A stretch of 64,000 nt of DNA from Octopus sinensis (taxonomy: Eukaryota), in NCBI RefSeq assembly GCF_006345805.1, contig NC_042999.1, positions 3,596,001 to 3,660,000 of the forward strand, read 5' to 3'. Below are positions 12,405 to 26,289 of this stretch, piece after piece. Both the position numbers and the translations under genes were made by a program. Position 1 is the stretch's first letter, and every line of letters starts with the position of its first letter. The notes beneath the pieces are model-generated. The model saw nothing but the letters and a program-made list of their open reading frames with translations. It was not told the origin of the DNA and did no database searches.

Positions 12405-12800
12405 TATCATCATCATTTTAACATCTAACCTGTGGCTTGTGGGTCCAGCATACTTCCACTGTGCCATTCTTCTCAACAAGTGATTAAGGAAATATCACCT
12501 TGATCACCTTGACCGACCAGTCTGTAAGGGCATCCATTTGACACCACTGGTCACAGCATGCTGTCCACTCCTCTCTGGATCGCGCCTTTCTCATCCATGT
12601 GATCCCAATCATCCTCCTGCCTGTTCCATGATGGCCCTTGAGAACCTGTGATTCTTAGCAGCCTTTCAACACTCGGGTTGCACTCCACCATCATGGAGTG
12701 GCCCGATTGACGTGCAGGGTACTGAGGCCCTTTTCCTTTTCTCTTCGTTTTTCGTGCTGTTTTAGCCATAAGATGACGCCATCCCACAGGCTGGGCGGGC
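12405..12800 (-). mobile_element. Probable LINE 3' fragment with (GAT)n tail
   Basis: GC-richer segment ending GTTAAAATGATGATG on the minus strand, like the RTE tails. Confidence 0.4.
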
Positions 12801-15439
12801 AGGCAGGAAATATATGAATGTATTATTTCTTATATTGCCTCTTCTGGATCACATTACTCCTATATTATATCATCTCTCATATTTATTATTATTTGCTTAT
12901 TTCTCTGCATTGGACTGTTCCAAATATATGGAAAAAGACTAACTACACAATACATGCTGCAGCACTGGGAATGTTATTAAGTTACTAAAAGATAACATTC
13001 TACTCTGCCGATTCTTCAAGAGGTACATTTACCAAACCACATGCATAGATGTATGCGTTGCAAATTTTTCTGGGTGTCTCTTTATTTACCACTTTCCGAT
13101 GAGCCAGAAGCAAATCAATTCTATAAATGCTTCCCTGGCACGGTGCAGCAAGAGTGAACTTGCTAGTATTAACATGTATGTAGTAGGAAAACTGACAAAG
13201 AAAATTTTCTTTTTCTTCAGTTTTTTTTTTTTGATACAAAAAAAAAACAACTAAAATTACCGTAGCACATAATAAAACTATAGGAGATGTAGACAAAGTC
13301 TGCAATTTGAAAAGCAGCATTTCATACAGAAATTTTGTTTCGAATGCCGTGTAAAATCACACAAAATTGAAAAACAATTATTTGAAAGACTAGTTTAGAA
13401 AAATGAACAAGAGCTGTTTGCCACTATTTTTACTTTAACAACTTCACAAACAAAATAATTATGGAAGTTGTTTGTTTATGGGGTTAACTCAAGTTGTCTG
13501 ATATACACCATTCTTTCTCGTTTCACCTTTGTTATTCTTTTCTGCTTGTTTTTATTGTGAGTTATCACTCTCAGGTTTTTCTTCTTCTCTTTTTGTTTTT
13601 TTTTTTTTTTGGTTTTTTGTACAATTCTCTAAAGAATGAAACAAACTTGTATACAAAAGAAGAAAAAAATTTTTTTAGATATTTGCCTAAGAAGCAGTTA
13701 CTTTATCTGAAACGACTTTCATTTTAATTGATTCTTAACACGATAGAACAAGTAAAATGAAACTGAAGGCAAGATGTTTGTTAAAAAAAAAAAAGAAAAA
13801 AAGAAAAAAATTAAACACAACCTACACAAAACTCCTAAACCCGATTGTTAAGTGATAACTGCTTGCTTTGTCTACAGAAGTTATTGTATAATTTAGTAGA
13901 AAATAGATGTCATTTACTCTACAAATTTTCATATATCTGCCCATCAGCTAATGAATAAGCAAAATTCTAATGACAAGCAGTAGAAGCCTATTTGAAAAGT
14001 TCACTCAGGTTATTTAACAGTCAGTGTTAAGTGTATTGAAATTGCTGTTTAACAAAACAACAATTTCTAATGATTTAGTAAAAAGGAAAAACACTGTCTT
14101 CTCGATTTGCATGAAAAGCCATGGCAGGACTTTTGGGCCCGAAATAGAAGGAGAGCTTTTCAATTGTACATAAGGGGATACAAACAAGAATGTAATTTAT
14201 CTCACTCTGAAACTGGAGATTGTCTCCAGCATTTTCCTGTTGTCAGCTCTGCAATAGAGGTGTTGTAATCAGGACTTGGCCAGTCTGACATAGTTGCCAC
14301 AGGTCATTTGATGTCAGTGAGAACCTTGTTGGCAAGGTCGAATGTTAATGAGTAACAGGTCAAATAACTGGGAAAAGAAGAGGAATGAGAGACAGAAAAG
14401 GATGACCAACAGTGCTGATAATTACTTGTGTCACCGGAGGAGGAGGAGGAGGAGGTGACAGCAATGATGAAGAAGAAGGGACAAATACCAATAATGATGA
14501 TGGGGACAATTTGTTCAACTAAGCCCCTCCCAGGTGGTGCCCCAGCATGGCCAAATTCTAATGACTGAAACAGGTAAAAGATAAAAGGAACCAAAAGAAG
14601 AATACAGCACAACAGACTGGATATTGCAGCTAGTAACAAGAAGAAGAAGAAGAAACTATTCATTTAATGATGAAGAAGGGACAAATACCAATAATAATAA
14701 CTGTTTCTAATAGAGATTCAATGCCTGAAATTAACCCCAATACTTGATAGTTTCTTTATTTTATCAACCCCAGAAGAATGAGAGGCAAAGATGACCTAGA
14801 ATTGACCTAAACTTGCTAGCCTTGTGCCAAAATTTGAAAGCATCATCATCATCATCATCATTGTTAGTTTTATTTTTTAAGTTTGATCCTTATTCTAAAA
14901 ATCTCTTGTTGAAGAACTAAGTTACTGAATATAATCCAGCACCAGCTGTGGAGCAGGGGGAAGGGGTGGAAGGCAGACTCACACACACACACATGATTGG
15001 CTTCCACACAAGTTCTATCAATAAAATTCACTCGGAAGGCACTGGTTGGCTCAGAGCTTATAGTAGAAAACACTTGCCCAAGATGCCACTCGGTGAGCCT
15101 GAACCCAAAACCACTTGGTTGCAAACAAGCGCCTTAACACACTGCCATGCCAATGCAAGAAAGCCCCACAATTTCTTGCATAGGAAACATTTTTGAGGAT
15201 TTGTATTCATATTCCCACAAAATAATTATACCTTTTTCTATACAATCAAAACTTAATATCTGGCAAGAAATTCCAGTGAATTATTATAGCAATCTTATAC
15301 CTACCTACATTTTTGTGTATTATTCTGAAATAACTGCAGATTTCTTGTTCCAATGTATGTTTATGTCTCATCTGAATCATCTAATATTCTACATTAGGGT
15401 GAGCAGTCTTACTGATTTATCACCCTCTTGAACCAATTT

Positions 15440-15745
15440 GCCTTTAGGGCTTGTTCTTGTGAAGCCGAGGTCATTTCCTCAATTTCCTTCTGCAGTGCCT
15501 TTTTTCTTTAATTATAACCAACCGTCCTTGTTATCCCTTATCTCTTTTGTATTTCTGAAGAGTTCTTCTGAAGAATGTCGTCTCATTCCTTCAAAGTCTA
15601 GTTTCCTATTTGTCACATTTTCTCTTTCCTCCAGTCAATTCAGTAAACAGTCCTTCACTTATTCCACCCACATTGAAATATATTTCTCCTGTTTATTTGT
15701 TTCTTCCATCTTCTCTAGTTCGACTACCACTTCCACACCCATCAT
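15440..15745 (-). pseudogene. R4/Dong-like non-LTR retrotransposon ORF fragment
   Basis: Frameshifted translation TKEIRDNKDGWL*LKKG...KEIEEMTSASQEQAL resembles the WLKKGxLKKETEG..AAQEQAL motif of R4/Dong elements. Confidence 0.55.
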
Positions 15746-15769
15746 CAACATCATCATTATTATTGAGAT

Positions 15770-16200
15770 GGGGAGCTGAAAGAGTCATCATTCCATTGGA
15801 CAAAATACTTTGCGGAATTTCTTCCAGCCCTTTACATGCTGAGGTCAAATCCTGGGGTCAACATTGCCTTTCATCCTTCAAGGTCAATAAAATAAACTAC
15901 CAGTTGAGCACTGGGGTCAATGTAATTGACTTATCTAATCTTCCTAAAATTATTGGCTTTGTCCCAAAATATGAAACCATGGCCATTCGCCAGCCTCGTC
16001 TGGCACCTGTGTCGGTGGCACATAAAAAGCACCTACTACACTCGCGGAGTGGTTGGCATTAGGAAGGGCATCCAGCTGTAGAAACTCTGCCAGATTAGAC
16101 TGGAGCCTGGTGCAGCCCCTGGCTTCCCAGACCCCGGTCGAACTGTCCAACCCGTGCTAGCGCGGAAAACGGACGTTAAACGATGATGATGATGATGATA
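15770..16200 (+). mobile_element. SINE family D followed by RTE 3' UTR repeat
   Basis: Deu/Nin-like motif 15840-15920; RTE-type end 15975-16200 with (GAT)n. Confidence 0.75.
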
Positions 16201-16309
16201 ATTATTATTATTATTGAGTGAGAGAGCAATGCATGCTATCAAAGTGACACTGAGGTATGAAAATATTGTTATATCATCATCATCATTATTATTATCATTA
16301 TTATTATTA

Positions 16310-16850
16310 TTAAGGTGATGAGTAGGCAGGACCATAAGCACACCAGGCAATATGCTTAGCAGCATTTCATCCGTCCTTTCGTTCTGCATTCAAATGCAGC
16401 TGGGGTCAACTTCAATTTTCATCCTTTCGGAATCAATGAAATAAGTACCAGTGAAATACTGGGGGCCAATGTAATTGACTAGCCTCCTCCCCCAAAATTT
16501 CAGGTCTTGTGCCTACAGTAGAAAGAATTATTATTATTATTATTATCATTATTATTATTATTATCATTATTATCATTATTATTATTATTATTATTATTAT
16601 GATTATTAAGGTGGCAAATTGGTAGAGTTGTTAGCACACAGGATGACATGCTTAGTGACATATATTCCGTCTTCATGTTATGAGTTCAAATTCCACCGAA
16701 GTCAACTTTGCCTTTCATCCTTTCAGGATTGATAAAATAAGTACCACTAATGCACTGGGATCAATGTAATTGACTTACCCTGCCCCCACCCCAAATTTCA
16801 AGCCATGTGCCTATAGTAGAAAGGATTATTATCATTATTATTATTATTAT
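16310..16850 (+). mobile_element. Two tandem SINE family D copies with (ATT)n tails
   Basis: Repeated CTTTCATCCTTTC..GATAAAATAAGTACC motif. Confidence 0.75.
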
Positions 16851-16854
16851 TATT

Positions 16855-17350
16855 GAGAAAGCAGTGCATGCCATCAAAGTGACACTGGGGTACAAATATA
16901 CAAAACCTAATATACCCATCATGACTGCCTGTCTGATAAGGGTACACCAGGCACATGCATCACAACCATATGTGTGTGACATGGTGATTTCGTATCAAGA
17001 TACATGGCGCATGATCTTGCAAGTGGGGGTCCAGCTAGAATTTTTCCTACAGGTTGAGTAGCCCATCCTACTCAAAAGGTCCTTGAATAAGGGTTAAGGA
17101 TGTTGAACGAAACACCCATGTTTCCAAAGGTGAATTATCCAAACCCCACAGAATTCCTCTCAACACACAGCTATGATGCTGCCCCAGTACTTCTGCTTGT
17201 GATCAGAGATGCTCATATCATCAGCCACCAAGGGACATGCTCAACTGGTTATGGTCAAACAACTGACAAAGCAAATCTGTGGTATGGAGCAGAATATTTG
17301 CTGTAGCCCATCTTTTATACGAAGACAAAACAATGTAAATGATGACACTT
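16855..17350 (-). mobile_element. Retroposon 3' end with (TAA)n tail
   Basis: Partial second copy at 16212-16262; tail of AAT repeats on the minus strand. Confidence 0.5.
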
Positions 17351-17424
17351 CCAATCAGTTAAGATTATTATTTTTAATAATATTATTATTATTATCATTA
17401 TTATTATTGTTATTGTGTTAATAT

Positions 17425-17815
17425 TTTTCAATATTTTGGTAATTTATTTGCTTTATTCATCAAATGAGAAAAGCAGCCAAGCATACAAAGTACAGGCAAT
17501 TGTGTAGCACCATCTGAAGCCATCAGTTCTTTGATCCCAGTTCTTGTCCTTTGAGGTGAAGAACTCCTTCACTGAAGTTTCTGACTTCTTTTGATTGATG
17601 AAGCAACACAAGTGCAGGAAGGAAGCGTCCGTGAAGGAGTTCTTCACCTCAAAGGACAAGAACTGTTATCAGCTTTGGATCAAAGAACTGGCTGAAAGGT
17701 GACTTTAGCGAGTAGAACACAGTGGCCTCTGCATTGAATGCTAAGCAGCTTTTGTTGTAACCTGTTGAATAATGCAAATCAGTTGCCAAAATGTTGCCAA
17801 ACTTTTGACTCCACA
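17425..17815. mobile_element. Inverted pair of mariner transposase 3' ends
   Basis: Both strands encode VKEFFTSKDKN; + strand continues CYQLWIKELAER; 35-bp perfect inverted repeat 17538-17572 / 17631-17665. Confidence 0.75.
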
Positions 17816-18834
17816 CAATATTACCCATCATATAACAGGTAACTTTGGAAGTGTGCTTCTGCCTCTTGGGTAATAGCAGATATGGCATGTGTACAATAAT
17901 TATCGTTTAAACTTTTATCAAACTTCTTGGTGCTGATATAAAATGATGAAATGAATACTAATTTTTAACAGAAAAAAATTTATCACCTTAAAATTTAGAA
18001 AAGATAACATACACTCATTGAGAATATGCAAAAGTGGTTTTAATTTATTTTATCAATATAATTGCAATCTATTTCATTGAAACCCTATCTCGGTAGAATT
18101 TCATAAAAACTATGGATTGTTCATGAAGTTGTAAGAAGCACCAAACTGGTTGTACATTCATCCTGTATCTCTTATGTTAATTCTCTGTATATTTCATTTA
18201 CTCTCTTTCTCTCTCTCTCTTGTTTGATGAATTGCATAACTCAGGAAGTCATCCAACCAACATTTATATCAGCTGTTTATTAATATATAGAAATGATACA
18301 AAGGTAATGGATTGGCCGCATCATTCAAGCATCAAACAAAATGCCTTGTGGTATTTGTTACGGAACCTTACATTTTGAGTTCAAATTTCACTGAGGCCAA
18401 CTGTCTGTTTCACTCTCTCTCTGTATATATTCTTTTACTCTTTTAGTTGTTTCAGTCATTTGACTGCAGTCATGCTGGAGCAGCACCTTAAAGGGTTTTA
18501 GTTAAAGAAATCGACCCCAAGACTTATTCTTCGTAAGCCTAGTACTTATTCTATTGGTTCTCTTTTACTGAACTGCTAAGTTACGTAAACACACCAGCAT
18601 CAGTCATCAACCAATGGCAGGGGGCAAAGACAGACAGACACACACGCACACATGCAGAGGGCAAGACAGGTGATTGGAAAACAATCATAATCTATGAGGA
18701 GATAATGTAAGGAAGAGAAAGATGCAGTTGGAAGAAGAGTTGTAGTTAGATTTCTTAGGGTAGAATAGGTGAAAAGTGTTTTGTTACATGTGGGTAGGAC
18801 ACAACTCTTCTAGCACTCAGTTTCATGGATGGGT

Positions 18835-19760
18835 CTTCTCTAGAGCCTCATGTCGCCAAAAATCTTGGTCCACTGTCATTTCCTCCATGGGCCCCAACAT
18901 CCTAAGATCAATCCTTACTACTTTGTCCCATGTCTTCCTGAGTCTCCTTCTTCCAAGGTACCATCCACTTTCAGTGACAGGTACTTCTGTATACAGCTGT
19001 CTTCACCCATACGCATCACATGTCCAAACCAGTCCATTCTCCTCTCCTGAATGCCACATTTAATCCCTCTTATGCTCATCTTTTCCCTCAACACAGTTGT
19101 GCTTTGTCGGTCATGCACATCGATGTTGCAAATCCAATGAAGCATACTACCTTCATTCCTCTCCAGTTTACACATGTCCTACACAATCAGAGTCCACGTC
19201 TCGCTACCATGTTGTATAGCTGTTCTCACACAAGCATCATACAATCTACCTTTCACTCTTAGAGAGAGTCCTTTTCCTGCCAACAGAAGTGGTAGTTCTC
19301 TGAACTTCCTCCACCCCATTCTTATTCTAGAAACAATACTTTCACAGCATCCACCACCATTACTAATTTGGTCACCTAAATAGCAGAAATTATCTACTAC
19401 CTCAAGAGAGCCTCCTGGGCATTTGAGAGAGTTTAAGTCCCTCGTGCTCTCAGTACTTATTGTTCCTGTGCATCTGCCACACACGAAAATGACCTTATTT
19501 GATAACCTTCCCATGTTTCCACTGCATCTCTTATTTGTCCATAGCTTACACTTGGTGCAGCAAATGGAATTACATCCCACTCCTTTCCTACATATTGAAC
19601 TGGGCCATTTACCAGCCAGGATGAGAGTCTTATCACCTTTCTTGCTAACAACAACTTAAGTCACAGTTAAGTTCACTTTAAGGCCCTTTGATTCCAGGTT
19701 TTACTTCCAAACTACTTCAATTCTACTTCAGGTTCTGCAATAAGAGCAAAATCATCAGCA
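18835..19760 (-). pseudogene. Diverged RTE LINE ORF2 fragment (RT C-terminus with decayed PHD finger)
   Basis: ORFs 19179-19580 and 18918-19175 are homologous to the ORF2 pieces at 55352-56589. Confidence 0.9.
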
Positions 19761-19787
19761 CATATATATATATATTTGTAAAAAAGA

Positions 19788-20070
19788 AGTTTGAAAACGC
19801 CACTATATTAGATAAATTTTATTTTCTTATGAATTTTACATGTTTCGGTTCTTGAAAAAACGAACCTTATCAAAAGCATTATAAAAAGTAAAGTGTAATA
19901 GAAAAGTTCATAATTGTTTCTAACTGGTCTCAATAAAATCCATGTGGTGGTGTTTTGTCAGTAGTTGGTATAATCGCTATATTATAGTTGAGTGTAATAA
20001 AGAACTTCATTATTGTTTCTTGCTGGTATCAAAAGGAACCGTGTGCTTGCTTTTTGTTTCCTTGTGTTCC
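19788..20070 (-). mobile_element. Hammerhead-bearing repeat (paralog of 60553-60716)
   Basis: About 160 bp shared with 60553-60716; abuts (TA)n. Confidence 0.7.
19831..19877 (-). ncRNA. Minimal type I hammerhead motif, U3-A8 core variant
   Basis: TT TTGATAA GGTTC-loop-GAACC GAAA CATG TA AAA. Confidence 0.65.
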
Positions 20071-20091
20071 AATGGAATGGTAGCAGCAGTA

Positions 20092-20138
<47 letters not shown>

Positions 20139-20587
20139 ACAGACTTCTTCCAGTTCCTGCCTACCACACAGCCATGCCCACATGTGTGGAAGCCAATCGT
20201 GTGTGTGTATGTGTGTGCATGAATGTGTGTGTGTGAGTCTGCCCTCCACAGCTAGTCCTGGATTATATTCCAGTAACTTAGTTCTTCAACAAGAGATTTT
20301 TAGAATAAGGATCAAACTTAAAAAATAAAACAAACAACAAATGCAGACAATTTGTTCAACTAAACTCTTCCAGGTGGTGCCCCAGCATGGCCAAATTCTA
20401 ATGACTGAAACAAGTAAAAGATAAAAGGAACCAAAAGAAGAATGCAACACAACAGACTGGATATTGCAGAAGAAGAAGAAGAAGAAACTATTTATTGTAA
20501 TTGGTGGGACATTCCAATTTGAATGAAAAGAAAGGGTAGCAAAAAATATATAGACTGTTTTCTTCAATTACTTGAATAAAGGGTAAC

Positions 20588-20664
<77 letters not shown>

Positions 20665-20670
<6 letters not shown>

Positions 20671-21740
20671 CATCATCGTCATTGTTTAACATCCACTTTC
20701 CATGCTAGCATGGGTTGGACGATTTTGACTGAGGACTGGCAAACCAGATGGCTGCACCAGGCTCCAATCCTGGTCTGGCAGAGTTTCTACAGCTGGATGC
20801 CCTTCCTAACGCCAACCACTCCAAGGGTGTAGTGGGTGCTTTTTACGTGCCACCAGCACAAGGGCCAGTCAAGCAGTACTGGCAACGACCTCGCTCGAAT
20901 CTTTTTACACAAGCCACCGGCACAGGTGCCAGTAAGGCGACGTTGGTAAGGATTACGCTCGAATGGTGTCCTTTTACGTGCCACCAGCACGGAAGCCAGT
21001 CATCCGCTCTGGCAACGATTACGCTCGGATATGTATATATATATATATATATATATCATCATCATCATCATCATCATCATCAATTAACGTCCGCTTTCCA
21101 TGCTAGCATGGGTTGGACGGTTCAACTGGGGTCTGGGGAGCCCGAAAGCTGCACCAGTCCAGTCAGATCTGGCAGTGTTTCTACAGCTGGATGCCCTTCC
21201 TAACGCCAACCACTCCGAGAGTGTAGTGGGTGATTTTATGTGCCACCGACACAGGTGCCAGACGAGGCTGGCAAACGGCCACGCTCGGATGGTGTTTTTA
21301 TGTGCCACCGACACAGGTGCCAGACGAGGCTGGCAGACGGCCACGCTCGGATGGTGTTTTTATGTGCCACCGACACAGGTGCCAGACGAGGCTGGCAGAC
21401 GGCCACGCTCGGATGGTGTTTTTATGTGCCACCGACACAGGTGCCAGACGAGGCTGGCAGACGGCCACGCTCGGATGGTTGTTTTATGAGGCTGGCAAAC
21501 GGCCACGATCGGATGGTGCTTGTTACGTGCCCACAGCACGGAGGCCAGTCGATGCGGTACTGGCTACGGCCACGTTCGGATGGTTTTCTTGTGTGCCACA
21601 GGCACTGGTACCACAAAGATACAATTCCATTGATGTTCATCTATTTTGATTGATTTTCACTTGCCTCAGCAGGTCTTCACAAGTGTCACAAGAAGGAAGG
21701 TATGCACAGGTGGATCGACTACGTCCCAGGTAGGGACGCT
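20665..21740 (-). mobile_element. Two 5'-truncated RTE 3' UTR copies; the second has four full 62-bp VNTR units
   Basis: 21055-21740 is nearly identical to 54432-55330; units start at 21240, 21302, 21364 and 21426. Confidence 0.9.
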
Positions 21741-21936
21741 CGGATATATATATATATATATATATATTAATATATATATATGTCTTTCAAGTATAGGCAC
21801 AAGGCTTGAAATTATATGTGTATGTATATATGTCTTTCTCAAATATGACATAATACTTCATTTAATGCTCAACAATTAAGATTTTTCTTTAAATCAAGAA
21901 AGGCATTTGAACAATTTTCCCCCCTTTCTCATAAAA

Positions 21937-22006
<70 letters not shown>

Positions 22007-22339
22007 ATACATTATATATACATACATACTCACGCATATATGTGTGTGTGTATTGATTTATTTTGAGGTGTGTTTTGCTTTAATTTGCAAATTTTTTTTC
22101 TTCTTCTCCAATGTGGGGAGGTTTCCTATTTTTATTGTAATTAAATATTGCAATTTCATTTTTGATTGTTATAATCAGCAATAAATTTCTGTCTCACTGT
22201 TTTCATTTATTGCACTCAAATAAAAATCTATAATTTACAGATAAAAATCTCTTTATCTTTCACCTACAGGCTATTTCTTGCCAGCTTACAATTTTCTTCT
22301 TTAATTGTATTTTTCTAATTTAATTATTTTCAATCTTTT

Positions 22340-22616
22340 CTTTGTATTTTTTTTTTTTTTTTAATTTCTTTACATCACACACATTCACAAATGTAGACAC
22401 ATATATATAGATACAGATATATATACTCAGGTATGTATACATGCATGAGTACATGTAAATATTTGTGTACGTACACACACATACATGCATGGGTCTATGT
22501 ACATTTACGTGTGTGAGTATATATGTATATATATATATATGCATACATCTCTATGTGTATGTATATATATCTATATATACGAATAATGGAAAATGGAGAC
22601 AAATGCACAAGATGTT

Positions 22617-22647
<31 letters not shown>

Positions 22648-22673
22648 ATATATAGATAGATAGATAGATATAG

Positions 22674-22705
<32 letters not shown>

Positions 22706-22706
22706 G

Positions 22707-22737
<31 letters not shown>

Positions 22738-22738
22738 G

Positions 22739-22769
<31 letters not shown>

Positions 22770-22980
22770 GATAGATAGACAGCAATATGAATATGTGTAT
22801 GTGTGAGTGTGCATCTACATATATGTAGCTACACATATACACACTCATAGATATATAATATGCAGACATATATAGATGTGATTGTGTGTATGTGTGCGCC
22901 TGTATGTGTGTGCACATACACTGAAATATAAACGCATATATACCTGTGCATAAACACATAAATACTATATTGATCATGTC
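22340..22980. repeat. Compound (TA)/(CA)/(TAGA) microsatellite region
   Basis: Simple repeats. Confidence 0.9.
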
Positions 22981-23509
22981 ACTCTAAGTAAAGACACAAA
23001 TATAACATATACTCACAGAAGGACACCCAGACACATGCACGTACAGGTCTACATACATAGGAACATATACAGCTAGAACACAGTATTCAGCAGACACACA
23101 CACACCTGCCAACTACATTAAAATTTTAAAACATCAATTTTCTTATTTGTTTTTTTTTCTCCCATTTCTGCCACTTCAGTTTTACACAATCTGGTTTCCA
23201 TGTGAACCCCCTTTTAGCACAACGCCTACACGATGCCTATTACCAAAGAATGTCAAACACATCACAGACATTTAACACCTGTAATGAGGAAGAAAACTGA
23301 AATAACCATATAAAAGATAAAAGCAAACTAAACAGTAAGAAGATTGTTTTGCAAGTCACATGGTTTTGGGGTTCAATCCCAGCACACAGCACCTTGGACA
23401 AATGTTCTCAACTTCATTCTAGAATCAATCAGTGCCTTGTGAATGAATTAGATGGAAACTGTGCAGAAGCTTAACATATGTAAATATGTATGTGTGTGTG
23501 TGTGTGTAG

Positions 23510-23940
23510 ACAGCATGACTGTGTGGTAAGAAGCTTCATTCTCAAACACATGATTCTAGGTTCAGTCCCACTGCATGGCACCTTGGGCCAACCAGAGTCT
23601 TGTAAGGGGACTTGGTAAATGGAAACTCAAAGAAGCCAATCATATATATATATATATATATATATGCGTGTGTGTGTGTGTGTATATATATATGTGTATG
23701 TGTGTGTGTGTATATATATGTGTGAGTCTTCATGTTGGTGATGGTCCCCCATCACCAACTGACAACTAGTATTGGTCTGTTTATGCCTCAGTAACTTAGC
23801 AGTTCGGCAAAATTTAACTGATACAAAATAAATACAAGGCTTTAAAAAATGCATTGAGGTTGATTCATTCGACTAAACATTTTTCAAGACAGTGCTCCAG
23901 CATGACCACAGTCAAATAACTGGAACAAATAGAGGATAAA
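23510..23940 (+). mobile_element. SINE family B
   Basis: Head GCATGACTGTGTGGTAAG..GGTTCAGTCCC, CCTTGGGC, internal microsatellite. Confidence 0.8.
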
Positions 23941-23999
23941 AATATGTATGTAGGTATATATATATATATATATATATATGATGATACATATATATATAT

Positions 24000-24271
24000 A
24001 TTACCAATGTTGCCTTACTGGCACCTGTGCCGGGGGCATGTGTAAAAAGATTCGAGTGAGGTCATTGCCAGTACCGCCTGACTGGCCCCTGTGCCGGTGG
24101 CATGTAAAAAGCACCCACTACACTCTCGGAGTGGTTGGCGTTAGGAAGGGCATCCAGCTGTAGAAACTCTGCCAGATCAAGATTGGAGCTTAGTGCAGCC
24201 ATCTGGTTTGCCAGCCCTCAGTCAAAATCGTCCAACCCATGCTAACATGGAAAGCGGACGTTAAACGATGA

Positions 24272-24275
<4 letters not shown>
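24000..24275 (+). mobile_element. RTE 3' UTR-type repeat
   Basis: Ends GGACGTTAAACGATGATGAT. Confidence 0.8.
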
Positions 24276-24308
<33 letters not shown>

Positions 24309-25254
24309 CACACACACACATAAATATATATATACACACAGACAGACAGACATGTGGGTGTGTCTTTGTCTGCCACTACAGCTTGACTGGTGTTTGTTTA
24401 CATCTCTGTAACTTAGCAGTTCAGCAAAAGAAACCAACTAAGTACGAGACTGACAAAACAAGTACTGGGGATCAATTTCTTTGACTAAACCCTTGAAGGC
24501 AATGCTCCAGCATGAGCGCACTCCAATGGCTGAAGCAAGTAAAAGAAAAGCTAGTGATTGCTAAAACGTTAAATACTTCTTGTTTATGGAATCTGCTAGA
24601 ATTTATTGCAGTAACGAGGGCAGGAAAAAAATTCGTTATATTAAAATTTTCCATGACTACAGCTATTTTAAATTGATTTGTGTAGATTCAGGCATTGTAA
24701 ATTCGTGAAATTCATGATTAAGATTTCCCGTCAATTAGTATGTTGATTGAAAGTCAAGTTAAAATATAAACAGACGCACAATGGTTTACTGGCAGCAAAA
24801 AGAAAGGAATTTACAGCAACTTCACTCTTCGCTGGTTTTTGTCATTGTTTGTGAATCAGAAACACTCTTAGAATACATGATATTTGTTAAGGAGAGAACA
24901 AGCAGAATTTCAGAACAGCTTTTGAATACAGTTTACTCATTATTATCCTGTGTGTAATTAAAATATCACATTCCATTAATTCAATGTATGTGTGTGTGAT
25001 CATCATCATTTAATGTGCATTTTTCCATGTTTGCATGGGTCAGACAGTTTTTTTTTGGAAGCAGATTTTCTACAGTTGGATGTCCCTCCTGTAACCAACT
25101 TTCAGCTGCTTTAAAGCAAGATAATACTTCTGTATGGCCAGAAATGCTTTCACACAAGCCTGGAAATATATAAAATTACTTTTATTAAGATGGTGGTAAT
25201 TTGCAACCATCACAAACACACACCTGTCTATCTATACACACACACACACACCAA

Positions 25255-25792
25255 TATCGATATCGAACCTCATCCGACGACAGGCACCTATGCCTACCCC
25301 ACTTTGCTTGCGAAGACCTGTTGGGGCAAGTGAAATCGAAATCGGAATCGAAATTGAACCAATCCTATGACTGGCACCTGGCAGATGCCAGGACCCCTGG
25401 ACTGGAGACACGTAAAAAGCACTATCCGAATCGTGGCCAATGCCAGCACCGCCTCGACTGGCTTCCGTGTCGGTGGTACGTAAAAAGCAACATCCGAATC
25501 GTGGCCGAAGCCAGTGCCGCCTCGACTGGCTTCCGTGCAGGTGGCACATAAATTGCACCAATGCGACCGTGGCCGATGCCAGACTCGCCTGGCTCCAGTG
25601 CAGGTGGCACGTAAAAAGCACCCACTACACTCACGGAGTGGTTGGCGTTAGGAAGGGCATCCAGCTGTAGAAACATTGCCAGATAAGACCGGAGCATGGT
25701 GCAGCCTTCTGGCTTCCCAGATCCCCGGTCGAACCGTCCAACCCATGCTAGCATGGAGAACGGACGTTAAACGATGATGATGATGATGATGA
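25255..25792 (+). mobile_element. RTE 3' UTR-type repeat with variant internal tandem units
   Basis: Ends AACGGACGTTAAACGATGATGATG; internal ~60-bp repeats. Confidence 0.8.
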
Positions 25793-26289
25793 CACAAAAG
25801 CAAGAGGCTTCCAAACAGTTTCTGTTCACCAAATCCAGTCATCACGAGGCCTAAGCAGGACTGAACCGAAGACCACATGGTTGGCAAGCATGCTTCTTAA
25901 CCACACAGCCACCTCTGCACCTAGACACAGCCTGTTCTTTTATTCCTTTATTCTTTTACTTGTTTCAGTCATTTGACTGCAGCCATGCTGGAGCACCACC
26001 TTGAAGGGTTTTAGTCAAACAAATTGAACTTAGGACTTATTCTTTAAGCCTAGTACTTATTCTATCAGTCTCTTTTGCTGAACTGCTAAGTTACAGGGAC
26101 ATAAACACACCAACACCGGTTGTCAAGCAGTGACGGGAAGACAAACACAAAGACACACACACAGACAGACAGACACATGGGTGAATTGTCACTATTTTAT
26201 ATTTTTAATTTCAAGCATGTGCATTGTTTGGGGTTTTTTTTTATTTTGTCGACTACACAGTATAGTAGGGTCAGTTGAACACTGTCTTT

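Noticed and set aside
13000-13190. Exon-like unique segment (open frames on both strands)
   Set aside because: Splice signals are ambiguous, no protein was recognised and there is no compatible neighbour
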